Shown: positions 8,616 through 19,355, counted from the first letter of the stretch. The stretch: 52,828 nt of DNA from an uncultured Armatimonadales bacterium (GCA_964246575.1 CAXTRL010000001.1:1-52828), one strand, 5' to 3'. Notes: generated by a model not told the origin, from the sequence alone. Numbers and translations: made by a program.

Positions 8616-9989
8616 TCAACTCGGGTGCAGATGCGACCAGATCTGCTGGGCAAAATAGTAGAGCGCCAGGCCGCCCGCGACAAGCGTGGTGGCCCAGCCG
8701 ACGACGTTGTCCCAAAGCGAGTTGCGGTATTTACCCATCACGCGGCGGCGGTTGATGAGAATCAGCATCAAAATCAGCTCCAGCGGCAGCAGGGCGCAGT
8801 TGACGACCTGCGCTTGGATAATAATGCCGATGAGACTGGACGAAGACAGCAGGATCACCAGGCCGCTGAATAGGATCATCGCGCCGTAAGTGCCGTAAAA
8901 CAGCGGCAGGTCACGGATGCGCCGCCCCAAACCCGACTCCCAGCCAAGAGACTCCGTCACGGCATATGCCGTAGACAGCGGCACAATCACGGCAGCCATC
9001 AGCGAAGCATTGAGCAGGCCGAACGCGAACAGGCCATACGCAACGAACTTTCCGGCTATCGGCACCAGGGCCAGCGCCGCGTCTTTGGCATCGCTGATAT
9101 CACGATTACCATGCAGATTACCATGCAGATAGATGGTCCCGAAGCAGGCGACAATAATGAACGCTGCCACGACATTAGATAAAATACAGCCGATGATCGT
9201 GTCCCAGCGGGTCAAGCTGTAATCGCGCATCTGGATGCCTTTATCGCGCACCGCCGACTGCTGGTAAAACTGCATATACGGCGCGATGGTCGTGCCGATG
9301 AGTGAAACCACCATGAGAATGAGGCCGCTGTCGCGCCACGGCAGCTTTCCCAGCGCCGGAACAAACGTGTTCCGGCCCACTTCCGCCCACGGCACGCCGA
9401 TTTTCAGGGCTGTGATAATGTAAGTCACGAACACCAACGATGCGACCAGAAGAATGCGCTCGACCTTCTGATAAGAGCCGCGCGAAACCAAAAGCCAAAC
9501 CAAAACAACTGCCAGCGGGATCGTGTAATAACGCGGGATGTGGAACAGCTCGCCGACGGCGGCGATGCCGGCGAACTCAGAGACGGTGGTGGCGAAGTTT
9601 GCGATCAGCAGCACCAGCATGGCAAACGCCGTAACTTTGACGCCGAAGTTTTCGCGGATCAGCGCAGCTAAACCCTTGCCGGTCACGGCCCCCATGCGGG
9701 CGCACATTTCCTGCACGACAATCAGGCCGACCGTGACAACCGCAATGCTCCACAAAAGAGACAAGCCGTACTGTGCGCCGGCCTGAGAATAGGTTGCAAT
9801 GCCGCCGGCGTCATTGCCTGCCGCGGCGGCGATCACGCCGGGGCCAAGCACCGAAAGCAGGACAAGCCAAAGGGGCCGCCGCTGCGGGGCCGGAGGCTCC
9901 AAAAGCGGCGCAGGCGAATCCGGCTGGGGCGACGCCAGGGGCAGCGTCGTCCCAGCGCTGCGAGGAAAACGCGGCGTGGGCTGGCTCAT
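8616..9989 (-). CDS. mntH: NRAMP-family divalent metal (Mn/Fe) transporter
   Basis: Track ORF trimmed to the ATG at 9989 (MSQPTPRF...). GPGVIAAAAGNDAGGIATYSQAGAQYG, QEMCARMG and about 11 TM spans are typical of MntH/NRAMP. Confidence 0.9.
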   Translation of the reverse strand: MSQPTPRFPRSAGTTLPLASPQPDSPAPLLEPPAPQRRPLWLVLLSVLGPGVIAAAAGNDAGGIATYSQAGAQYGLSLLWSIAVVTVGLIVVQEMCARMGAVTGKGLAALIRENFGVKVTAFAMLVLLIANFATTVSEFAGIAAVGELFHIPRYYTIPLAVVLVWLLVSRGSYQKVERILLVASLVFVTYIITALKIGVPWAEVGRNTFVPALGKLPWRDSGLILMVVSLIGTTIAPYMQFYQQSAVRDKGIQMRDYSLTRWDTIIGCILSNVVAAFIIVACFGTIYLHGNLHGNRDISDAKDAALALVPIAGKFVAYGLFAFGLLNASLMAAVIVPLSTAYAVTESLGWESGLGRRIRDLPLFYGTYGAMILFSGLVILLSSSSLIGIIIQAQVVNCALLPLELILMLILINRRRVMGKYRNSLWDNVVGWATTLVAGGLALYYFAQQIWSHLHPS

Positions 9990-10116
9990 GCGTGAGATCA
10001 AGCAAGCAAAGCGAATAAAGGGAGTGACTATGACTGTCCATTGATTTTTTGGCGCTCCGGCACAAGGGCATCGGCAAGGGTACAGAAACAAGAGTGCAGA
10101 AAAACGGGCGCGTCTT

Positions 10117-10146
10117 ATTATAGCGGCAGGCGGAAAGGTTTGTCAA
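10117..10146 (-). promoter_or_regulatory. sigma-70-type promoter for mntH
   Basis: On the minus strand: TTGACA (10146-10141), an 18-nt spacer, then TATAAT (10122-10117). It leaves a ~120-nt leader before the ATG at 9989. Confidence 0.55.
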
Positions 10147-10216
10147 CCAAGCTTCTTTGGTATACTGCTTTCAACGCTTGGACTTCACGAAGCGCACTAG
10201 AAACGGGGCATTTGAC

Positions 10217-10402
10217 ATGAATAAGGACGTACAAGGGCTGATTTACGGCGCGAGCATCGTGTCCATTATTACGGCAATTTACATGTACGCAACAGGCAAA
10301 AAGGACACCGGCATCTTTATCGGCCTGTGGGCACCGACATTTCTGTCGCTCGGCACGTTTTTCAACACGGAATTCCGTGCCGCCAAAGAAGACGCTTCTT
10401 AG
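10217..10402 (+). CDS. small membrane protein (61 aa), hypothetical
   Basis: ATG at 10217 (MNKDVQGLIYGASIVSIITAIYMY...GIFIGLWAPTFLSLGTFF) with two hydrophobic helices. A strong terminator follows. Confidence 0.5.
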   Translation: MNKDVQGLIYGASIVSIITAIYMYATGKKDTGIFIGLWAPTFLSLGTFFNTEFRAAKEDAS

Positions 10403-10430
10403 AAACGCCCTGCTGTGAGCGGATAAATAT

Positions 10431-10458
10431 AAAGAGGCGGCCTTCGGGCCGCCTCTTT
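10431..10458. terminator. bidirectional hairpin terminator between convergent genes
   Basis: aaagaggcggcc-ttcg-ggccgcctcttt is a perfect 12-bp stem flanked by A/T runs on both sides. Confidence 0.75.
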
Positions 10459-10467
10459 GTATCTGCT

Positions 10468-10749
10468 TCAAAGCTCCGCTTGGGCCATGACCATCTCCCA
10501 GCGCAGGAAGTTCAGGTACACGGTTCCCATGCTGCACCCCGGATGGTCTTCGGCGTAGGCTTCCGCCCATTCCAGCTCACGCGCCAGGGCCAGCACGTTT
10601 TCTTCCGCGATTGTCCACAAAACAGGTGCTTCTTCAGGGTTCATCAAAATTTCATTTCTCTCAGCCATTATAACCTTGTTGCAGCCGTGCTTCAACAGCA
10701 AAAGTACCGGTTTTTCCAATTTTCTCACTGTTGTTCGCCGTTTGGTCAT
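10468..10749 (-). CDS. hypothetical protein (start may be the internal ATG at 10668)
   Basis: Open frame with no recognisable motif. It lies between the terminator and the ECF sigma gene. Confidence 0.4.
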   Translation of the reverse strand: MTKRRTTVRKLEKPVLLLLKHGCNKVIMAERNEILMNPEEAPVLWTIAEENVLALARELEWAEAYAEDHPGCSMGTVYLNFLRWEMVMAQAEL

Positions 10750-10874
10750 GGAACAAACAAGTACGCACTGCTGTTGAAGCTGCTATAGATTGTGAAGCAA
10801 TTATTCATTGCCGGTTTTTCAGCCGGGCGGGAACACAAAGCCTTTGGCTGCCGTATCAGGGGAAGAGGACGCAC

Positions 10875-11519
10875 ATGGCAGAACTAGCAGACGCCTCCGG
10901 GCATTTCAGCGCCGCGCAAATTGCAAATGCCGCACAGGAACAAATCAGCCGCCGGGCCGAGTTTGACCGGCTGGTGGAGCGTTACCATAAGCAGGCGTAC
11001 AATATCGCGTACCGCATGACCGGCAACCATGCCGATGCGGAAGACTTGGCCCAGGAAGCGTTTGTCCGGGCGTTCCGCTTTTTCGGCAACTACCGGCGCG
11101 ACTGGCCGTTTGACAACTGGCTGTACAAGATCATGTCCAACTTATTTGTGGACGATCTGCGCCGCCGTCCGAAAGCTCATTTGCAGTCGCTGGACCAGCC
11201 GCTGGATGTCGGCAGCGGCGACGTGTATCTGGAAATCCCGGATTTAGGGAAAAACCCGGAGCGCATGGTCATGTCGCATGAGCTGGATGAGCATATCCAG
11301 CGGGCGCTAAACTCGCTCCCAAACGATTTCCGCATGACGGTCATTCTGGCGGACATTGAGGGGTTGTCGTATGAGGAAATCAGCGCGGCGATGAACTGTT
11401 CGCTCGGCACTGTGCGGTCGCGCCTGCACCGAGGCCGGAAGCTGCTGCGCTCCAAAATCGCGGCCTTTGAGCAGGATGGTTTGCTTCGGGACAGCCTGCT
11501 CCCGGCGGGGCGGTTTTAG
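10875..11519 (+). CDS. ECF-type RNA polymerase sigma factor (sigma-24 family)
   Basis: Trimmed to the ATG at 10875 with GGGGAAGAGGA upstream. Region 2 is YHKQAYNIAYRMTGNHADAEDLAQEAFVRAF. Region 4 is LPNDFRMTVILADIEGLSYEEISAAMNCSLGTVRSRLHRGRKLL. Confidence 0.9.
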   Translation: MAELADASGHFSAAQIANAAQEQISRRAEFDRLVERYHKQAYNIAYRMTGNHADAEDLAQEAFVRAFRFFGNYRRDWPFDNWLYKIMSNLFVDDLRRRPKAHLQSLDQPLDVGSGDVYLEIPDLGKNPERMVMSHELDEHIQRALNSLPNDFRMTVILADIEGLSYEEISAAMNCSLGTVRSRLHRGRKLLRSKIAAFEQDGLLRDSLLPAGRF

Positions 11520-11548
11520 ACGCACTTATTTCAGGAGGCTGTTTTGGT

Positions 11549-12214
11549 TTGAACTGCCATCACGCAAGACAATTAATTTCGCCGTATTTGGACCAGCGGC
11601 TGACCGGGCGCGAGATGCTGGCGCTTCAAGGCCACTTCGGCGGCTGCGTTTCCTGCCAGCGTGAGATGCAGTCCATTCGCCAGGTCAAAGCCCTGCTGCG
11701 CGGCTTGCGGGAGCCGGGGCCGCCGCGCAATTTTTCGCAGGCTGTCGCCCTCCGGCTGGAGCAGGCGGAGGGCCAAAGCCGACGTCTGCTTTGGCTGCCC
11801 TCTATAAGCTTGCGGAAGCCGGCAGGAGGTCTGCCGCAGCGCGGACGGCGGCTGGCGGGAGCGCTGGTCTTGTCCTGCTTCACCGTTGTGTCATTTGCCC
11901 TGCCGTTCGCCCCGGAAGCGCGGCAGGCGGCCCGGTCCTCGTCGGCGATGTTCGGCCCCGGTCTCGGCAGCCCCGGCAGTTCGCCTTTTGGGGCTGCTTC
12001 GGAGGCGGATGCCCTGCTTTCGGGCCGGGTGCCGGAGCGGGTTACACTTACCCCTATCGCTGACCTGACGCATTTTTCTTCTGCGGAAGCATCCGCTCCC
12101 GGCACGCTCACTTTGACGGGAATGAACATGCCGCCGATAACATCCGGCATGGAACCAGCGCCGCATGATGCTCCGTTCGGCCCTGCCCAATTTGCCGACT
12201 TCCGCTCCCGCTGA
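11549..12214 (+). CDS. anti-sigma factor with zf-HC2 N-terminus
   Basis: TTG start 10 nt after an AGGAGG RBS. The H-x3-C-x2-C pattern is in CHHARQLISPYLD...HFGGCVSCQ. A central hydrophobic span follows. The gene sits immediately downstream of the ECF sigma. Confidence 0.8.
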   Translation: MNCHHARQLISPYLDQRLTGREMLALQGHFGGCVSCQREMQSIRQVKALLRGLREPGPPRNFSQAVALRLEQAEGQSRRLLWLPSISLRKPAGGLPQRGRRLAGALVLSCFTVVSFALPFAPEARQAARSSSAMFGPGLGSPGSSPFGAASEADALLSGRVPERVTLTPIADLTHFSSAEASAPGTLTLTGMNMPPITSGMEPAPHDAPFGPAQFADFRSR

Positions 12215-12237
12215 GAGTTTGGTACTGTGAGAACTTT

Positions 12238-13686
12238 ATGTTGAGGTTCATGCCATTGTTTTATCGCTCGCTTTTGCTGGCGGGACTGACGCTTGCGACG
12301 GCTCAAGCCTGGGCTGCCCCGCCCTCGCCGGGGAACCTGCCCGCGCCGACGACGCCTCAGCAAAAGTCGGCGCTGCTTCAGATGCAGGATGCGTTTACCA
12401 GCATTGCCCAGACGGTCGAACCGACCGTTGTGAACATCAAGGCCGAGCGCTTTCGTTCAGCTTCCGAAGATGATTCCGAAGGGCCTGCGAAGTCCGGCCT
12501 GGCGCCCCGGCATGTGGAAGCCACGGGGTCCGGCGTGATTGTCCGCGCCGACGGCTATATCCTGACCAACGACCACGTGGTTGAGGAAGCCAGCGGCGGC
12601 ATGGTCACCGTCACGCTGGCGGATGGGCGCGTGTTTCTCGGCAAAGTGTTCCCCGATTACAGCAGCGATCTGGCTGTCGTGAAGATCAACCCCGGCCCTA
12701 CCCCGCTCCCGGTCGCGGGGTTTGCCGATGACGCCGCCGTTCGGCCCGGCCAGTGGGCCATTGCCGTCGGCAGTCCGTTTGACCTTCAGAACACGATGAC
12801 TATAGGCGTCATCAGCGCTATCGGGCGGCATCAAAGCATTGGCGGCGAGTCGGCTTCTCGGTACTATCCTGACCTCATTCAGACGGACGCCGCGATCAAT
12901 CCCGGCAATTCCGGCGGCCCGCTGTTCAACATTGACGGCAAGATCGTCGGCATCAACGTAGCCATCGAGTCTCCCGTGGAAGGCAGCGCGGGCGTGGGCT
13001 TTGCGATTCCCAGCGGCATTGCCCAGGCCGTGATGAACTCCCTCATCACCGCTGGCAAAGTGACGCGCGGCTACCTCGGCATTGCGCCGGAAGATTTAAC
13101 CCCGGCGCTGCAAGCCGAGTACGGCCAAAAAGACGGGGCGCTGGTGCGCGACGTCAAGGAAGACAGCCCGGCGGGCAAGGCCGGCATTGAAGCCGGGGAC
13201 ATTGTGACTGGGTACGACGGCAAGCGGGTTTCCGGCGAAGTCAGCCTGCGTGAGACCATCAGTGTGACCCCGCCCGGCCGGACGGTTCTTTTGAGTTATG
13301 TGCGTGCCGGGCGATCCGGCACGGCTTCGGTCACGCTTGGCGCGGCCCCGCCGGCAGGCGGATCAGCGTTTCCGCCTGCCCCTTCTGCCGCCGCGCTCGG
13401 CGTCTCCGTCCGGACCCTGACGGCAGCGGACCGGGTCGCGCTGGGTTTTTCTGCGACAGTGCGCGGCGTTTTAATTATCGGGGTTGCGCCCGGCAGCCCC
13501 GCCGAAGCGGCGAATGTGCCGCTGAAGCGGGCGGTGATTCAGAAAATCGGGCGTCGGGTCATTATGAATAAACACGACTACGACCAGGCGCTCGCCGCGC
13601 AGCCGCATGGTTCCAGCCTTGACTTTGTCGTGCTTTACAGCGACATTCTCGACCGCCAGGTTCATCAAGCCGTCGTCACGCTGTAG
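12238..13686 (+). CDS. htrA: HtrA/DegP-family periplasmic serine protease with PDZ domains
   Basis: Signal peptide, then the catalytic triad blocks TNDHVV, DLAVVKI and GNSGGPL. The PDZ-like block is GYLGI...GALVRDV...PAGKAGIEAGDIV. Confidence 0.92.
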   Translation: MLRFMPLFYRSLLLAGLTLATAQAWAAPPSPGNLPAPTTPQQKSALLQMQDAFTSIAQTVEPTVVNIKAERFRSASEDDSEGPAKSGLAPRHVEATGSGVIVRADGYILTNDHVVEEASGGMVTVTLADGRVFLGKVFPDYSSDLAVVKINPGPTPLPVAGFADDAAVRPGQWAIAVGSPFDLQNTMTIGVISAIGRHQSIGGESASRYYPDLIQTDAAINPGNSGGPLFNIDGKIVGINVAIESPVEGSAGVGFAIPSGIAQAVMNSLITAGKVTRGYLGIAPEDLTPALQAEYGQKDGALVRDVKEDSPAGKAGIEAGDIVTGYDGKRVSGEVSLRETISVTPPGRTVLLSYVRAGRSGTASVTLGAAPPAGGSAFPPAPSAAALGVSVRTLTAADRVALGFSATVRGVLIIGVAPGSPAEAANVPLKRAVIQKIGRRVIMNKHDYDQALAAQPHGSSLDFVVLYSDILDRQVHQAVVTL

Positions 13687-13740
13687 CCGCGAGCTTGCTG
13701 GATAAAAAGTAGCGGGCCGAAAACTTTTGCAGGATTCCTC

Positions 13741-13758
13741 TTGACAAAGCCGCTCCCG

Positions 13759-13769
<11 letters not shown>
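13741..13769 (+). promoter_or_regulatory. near-consensus promoter for tRNA-fMet
   Basis: TTGACA (13741-46), a 17-nt spacer, then TATACT (13764-69), 14 nt before the tRNA 5' end. Confidence 0.7.
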
Positions 13770-15388
<1,619 letters not shown>

Positions 15389-15408
<20 letters not shown>

Positions 15409-15616
15409 TTATTATCCTCAATCCTTCGCGGGGTCGCCCCACACCTTGCACTCTTCCCGACTGCTTGTATGCTTCCAGCTCCGCGCGTGGTGTTCGCCAT
15501 TGGCGCAAGCCTGCCTTGTAACCCGGTATTACTCCTGCACGGAGCAAGCGGTAAACACTTTCTCTATGAAGGCCAAGCTCTTCGGCTATTTGTTCAGGAG
15601 TGAGGTCAATTGCCAT
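15389..15616 (-). CDS. excisionase-family / MerR-like HTH DNA-binding protein
   Basis: ATG at 15616 with an AAGGAAAG RBS. LTPEQIAEELGLHRESVYRLLRAGVIPGYKAG..WRTPRAELEAY is the HTH_17 pattern. It overlaps the recombinase start by 20 nt. Confidence 0.75.
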
Positions 15617-15985
15617 CTGCTTTCCTTTTTGTCCGTCATGTTGCAACATATTAACAATCATAATCAAACAATTAGTTCCCGAAAAGGAACCCAAAATATG
15701 GTTTGGCTGTTATACTTATAGTGGAGTCCTGCTCATGCCTTTGGGACACTAAATCTCAGCCCGCGCGCGGGCGCTAAAGCAAGCCTCCACAATCGGCGCA
15801 CTGACAAGCAAAGAGCGGCAGGTAGCGGAAGCCTAGATTTGGCATTGCGCCGGTCAGCGGGGATTGTGAAGCGATTGAGGGATAATTAATGGAAGACAAG
15901 ACAGAAGAACAGCAGAAGGCAGAACAAAAGTTGGGGGAGTAGGGATAATCATCTGGTCTTCCCGTGATGTTAGCGAACTAAGAGG

Positions 15986-16612
15986 ATGAACTTGGAACTT
16001 ACTGATGCAGAGAAAGCACAACGGCTCACTGGCGTAGAAATTACTGAAGTTTGGCGTTCGCTGATTCAGACAGAAATGACTTTGCTGTATTGGCCGGTGC
16101 TAATCCGTCGGAACATCCTTTTTGACAAATGGATTAAAATTATTATATTGGCTTCCTCCGCGACGGTCTTTGCAACAATGAATTGGGTTATTCATCATCC
16201 GTATAAATGGCAAATAATAAGCGGAATTATTGCATTCCTTTCTATTGCACAGCTCATTCTTGATTTCGCAAGCAATGTCAACGAGATGAATCAGATTTAC
16301 GAGAAAGCCGTAGAGCTTCAATTCGATTACGAAGAGCTGTTTCGTGAGCTACCTGACACACCGCGCAAAAAAGCTATTAAGAGGTATAATAGTATTAAGC
16401 GTGAAGAAGTTGATATTGCTAAGAGAGCAGCGAAGTTCAACCGGTACATCAGGTTACGCGACAAATGCTACAATGAAGCTCTGCAAGCACGAGGCTTAGT
16501 AAGCCCGATTGCAAGAAAGAAACGGAGTATAGGCAAATGGCTGGAGTTGAAGACACTACGACGAATCAGACGATTATCCTCCAAGACCCATCTCCCTTCA
16601 CGAAGGGTCTAG
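15986..16612 (+). CDS. hypothetical two-TM membrane protein
   Basis: AT-rich ORF. Two adjacent hydrophobic helices (WIKIIILASSATVFATMNWVI and WQIISGIIAFLSIAQLILDF) are followed by a charged helical tail. Confidence 0.6.
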   Translation: MNLELTDAEKAQRLTGVEITEVWRSLIQTEMTLLYWPVLIRRNILFDKWIKIIILASSATVFATMNWVIHHPYKWQIISGIIAFLSIAQLILDFASNVNEMNQIYEKAVELQFDYEELFRELPDTPRKKAIKRYNSIKREEVDIAKRAAKFNRYIRLRDKCYNEALQARGLVSPIARKKRSIGKWLELKTLRRIRRLSSKTHLPSRRV

Positions 16613-16749
16613 GACTTGGCTTGCCTGCACCAATCCCGCCTCCCCCAGCAGAAATTATAAACCGAATAGTGAACCAACCACAGGCTCAACCTGTTCCGAG
16701 TAATCTAACGAATACGCAACCATCTGGTAATACGCAACAGGGGCAATAA
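16537..16749 (+). CDS. small Pro/Gln-rich protein, paralogue 1
   Basis: Shares GLGLPAPIPPPPAEIINRIV with the next ORF (SLGLPAQIPAPPKEVIDNIV). The start is uncertain because it overlaps the upstream ORF by 76 nt. Confidence 0.5.
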   Translation: MAGVEDTTTNQTIILQDPSPFTKGLGLGLPAPIPPPPAEIINRIVNQPQAQPVPSNLTNTQPSGNTQQGQ

Positions 16750-16758
16750 GGAGCTACT

Positions 16759-16944
16759 TTGGATAAGCAAGACTCACTGAGTAGAGCATTGAATAATGAC
16801 ATGCCACCTGCTGAAGGGCCGATGGCTGACCAGGGTAGTTTAGGATTACCCGCGCAAATTCCTGCACCTCCGAAAGAAGTTATTGACAACATTGTGAAGG
16901 GTGCGCCTCAAACCCAACCAGTTGACAACAAGCTGACCAAGTAG
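16759..16944 (+). CDS. small Pro/Gln-rich protein, paralogue 2
   Basis: Its conserved block is shared with 16537..16749 although the nucleotide sequences have diverged. A terminator follows. Confidence 0.55.
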   Translation: MDKQDSLSRALNNDMPPAEGPMADQGSLGLPAQIPAPPKEVIDNIVKGAPQTQPVDNKLTK

Positions 16945-16955
16945 ATAGAGCCAAA

Positions 16956-16985
16956 GGAGACAGGTTACAAGCCTGTCTCCTTTTT
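16956..16985 (+). terminator. Rho-independent terminator
   Basis: ggagacagg-ttacaag-cctgtctcc followed by TTTTTG. Confidence 0.75.
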
Positions 16986-17239
16986 GCATTTAGCTTTGCA
17001 TCCATGTTATCCGCCCCTCATCTATGTAGAGTTACGGTGTTCATCAGCATTAGCGCTTCGACATTTACCGCAAGGCATGACCCTCCTAGCCGACATTGGC
17101 AAAAAGAGCCGAGAAGGCCTCTTCCCCGCGCGCGGTAAACAATGCGGGCCTCTACAAGCCCCGGAGCGGGAACGAAAAGCAAGGGTGGCACTTCTGCTAC
17201 CATAGGCGGGTGACACGGCACTGTGGCCCTCGTGGGCCG

Positions 17240-17554
17240 TTAAGTCCCTATGTTCTCTTTGTCCTGCGCGAGAGCCGCGTCGTAGAGGTTTACGAATGTT
17301 GCCAAATCCAATCCAAGTTCGGCAACGTAGGCTCGCAGTTCTGGTAAGTCTAGCCGACGTTGGCCGGTCTCGGTTTTCGTGATAAGAGTTTGATAAACGC
17401 TCAAGCGCATCGCGAGGTCTTCTTGTCTTAGTCCGGCGTCAAGCCTGAGTTGACGCAGTAAACCTTGAAGAACTTTTTGCTCGCGTGAATAAAGGAACTT
17501 GAACTTTGGGGGAAGCACATACCCAATTGTGACGATGGGCGACAAACTTCCCAT
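17240..17554 (-). CDS. XRE-family helix-turn-helix transcriptional regulator
   Basis: LLRQLRLDAGLRQEDLAMRLSVYQTLITKTETGQRRLDLPEL is the canonical HTH_3 pattern. Confidence 0.85.
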   Translation of the reverse strand: MGSLSPIVTIGYVLPPKFKFLYSREQKVLQGLLRQLRLDAGLRQEDLAMRLSVYQTLITKTETGQRRLDLPELRAYVAELGLDLATFVNLYDAALAQDKENIGT

Positions 17555-17572
17555 TTGAGGATACTGCTGTTA

Positions 17573-17601
17573 TTGACAATTCCAACAGGGTTTGCTATAA
17601 T
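17573..17601 (+). promoter_or_regulatory. consensus sigma-70 promoter divergent from the XRE gene
   Basis: TTGACA (17573-78), exactly 17 nt, then TATAAT (17596-601). Confidence 0.75.
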
Positions 17602-17642
17602 TCGCCTAACAAGCGAACATCTTGCTAGAATGGAAATCTGTT

Positions 17643-18383
17643 ATGCCTCTAACCTGTTCACGCTGTCACACCCCGCTCGATGGGCAAAGTATCTGTGGCA
17701 ATTGTGGACTAGAAACTAACATTCCAGACCCCGCCGTGCCAGCCCAACAATTGGCAAATTCTCGTAGGGAGAACGAACCTGAGAATATATTCGCCGCGTG
17801 GCAGACTCTAGTCGTTCTCGGTATTATTGGTGTCATCGTTGTGTTCACTATTGGTGTTCAACCGGCGACACCACCAGCGACACCACCAGCAGGAAAAGCG
17901 GCAACGGCAGCGGAACAAAAGCATGAGAAGCAACAAGCGGCTCATAATGCAAATGTTCAAGCTCGACAGGCAAAGGCAGACGCCGCCGCGCAAATGGCAC
18001 AGCAGAAAACGGACGATGCACCGAATGAGAAGCAGGCAGACCAACCGCCGTCAACAGACCAACAGATGACCGACAACGCCACCGCTACCCATGACCTCGG
18101 TGACGACGGAATACTGATGAGCAGGAGTGATAGTGTAGACGTGGCTGCAACCGAGCAGGCAAACAGCGATATGAATGATGCAGCAGCCGCTAAAGACCAA
18201 ATTGGCTATGACAAGGTTCTGCTTGATGACCGTGCTTTTCCCGTTAAGACAGGGACTCAGGCGAAAGTCATTGGCTTTGGGAGCGGGCTGTCTGTCGCCA
18301 GCACACTTCACATTCGCATTGAAAGCGGTCCTCATCTCGGTGACGACGGTTGGGTTGAACAGGCTTACTTCCACAAGGAGTGA
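17643..18383 (+). CDS. zinc-ribbon / single-TM / low-complexity protein, hypothetical
   Basis: The ATG at 17643 gives MPLTCSRCHTPLDGQSICGNCG (a CxxC...CxxC ribbon). The TM span is LVVLGIIGVIVVFTIGV. A long Ala/Gln/Asp-rich linker leads to a small C-terminal beta-rich domain. Confidence 0.7.
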   Translation: MPLTCSRCHTPLDGQSICGNCGLETNIPDPAVPAQQLANSRRENEPENIFAAWQTLVVLGIIGVIVVFTIGVQPATPPATPPAGKAATAAEQKHEKQQAAHNANVQARQAKADAAAQMAQQKTDDAPNEKQADQPPSTDQQMTDNATATHDLGDDGILMSRSDSVDVAATEQANSDMNDAAAAKDQIGYDKVLLDDRAFPVKTGTQAKVIGFGSGLSVASTLHIRIESGPHLGDDGWVEQAYFHKE

Positions 18384-18600
18384 GGGTTGTCTGCAACACA
18401 AATACGAATAAGCCAATCCTGCCATTGCTGCGGCCCACTGCTCTAAAGTCCTTCAGGGCCGCTAGAAAAGCGCTTTTGACGACCTTGATATGAAAGTGTG
18501 GAACAGCCCAAAATCAGAAAAAGCCGAAAAAATTAACCTGCTCCACCCCATACCGGTCAACAAGCCGTAGAAAGGGATGGGCAGGGGGTGTTCAACTTCG

Positions 18601-18798
18601 TCATGGCTGCTTCATGTCGTTTTGCGTATTCACAACGGGGACACCAACCCCTCTCGCCCGAATAGCCGCGTTCATGTCTTCTGAGGCAACGAACCGGCCT
18701 GTTTCCCGGTCGCGGCTTGTGCGTTCAACGACCGAGAACTTCCCCCGACGCGCCGACCTGCGAATCGCCGCGTTGCACTCTTTCTCGTCTTGTGTCAT
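18601..18798 (-). CDS. small basic hypothetical protein
   Basis: ATG at 18798 preceded by GAAGGGAAG. It starts 2 nt after the stop of the upstream gene. Confidence 0.45.
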   Translation of the reverse strand: MTQDEKECNAAIRRSARRGKFSVVERTSRDRETGRFVASEDMNAAIRARGVGVPVVNTQNDMKQP

Positions 18799-18799
18799 G

Positions 18800-19267
18800 T
18801 TAGTTCTTCCCTTCATCCGCTAGATTGTTCTCTAAGACAGTGAATGCCCGAAGTTCTGTCTCAGCGCGGGTAATTGCGCTCTTAGAATCGTGCAAAAGTG
18901 CGAAAAGGTCTTGGCTCCTGAATGTCAACTTTTCTGCCTCCGCCGCAAGTTGGGCCTTCTGCGTCTTGTTTTTCTCCTGCGCCGCTGAAACCGCCGTTAG
19001 TTCGTGCTTCGTCTTCTCAGCCACAGCCGAATGGTATTGCAGAGACGCTTTGAGTTCGGCAAGCGTTTCCAAGCGGATAGCCGCCTGCAAAGCCAGCCGA
19101 CGTGCTGAAAGCCTGCTCACTTCGTCAATGTCGCCATCAATGCCGGCCTGCGCTAATAAACCCGCAAGGCGGCTCATTTCGACGCAGTGCCATCCGCGCT
19201 GTTCGCGTTTCTTATCAAAGTCTAGTTTCAGCGCATCTATATCTATCTTTTCGTCAACAGCCTGCAT
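18800..19267 (-). CDS. coiled-coil hypothetical protein
   Basis: 155 aa, heptad-rich. AAGAGGAAAA RBS before the ATG at 19267. Confidence 0.6.
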   Translation of the reverse strand: MQAVDEKIDIDALKLDFDKKREQRGWHCVEMSRLAGLLAQAGIDGDIDEVSRLSARRLALQAAIRLETLAELKASLQYHSAVAEKTKHELTAVSAAQEKNKTQKAQLAAEAEKLTFRSQDLFALLHDSKSAITRAETELRAFTVLENNLADEGKN

Positions 19268-19355
19268 AGTTTTCCTCTTTTCTTGATTTCGTCAAAAGTT
19301 CAATCGCCCGCGCGCGGGGATTATATATGCTATCTGAGAATCGGCTTTGTTCCCG

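Noticed and set aside
9990-10116. yybP-ykoY (Mn) riboswitch in the mntH leader
   Set aside because: I could not find the conserved GGAGAGTAG or CTTGACA-type loop sequences by eye. It needs a covariance-model scan before any claim.
11626-12363. 245-aa minus-strand ORF over the anti-sigma gene
   Set aside because: It is antisense to the zf-HC2 anti-sigma gene that is coupled to the ECF sigma. Its composition is typical of shadow ORFs.
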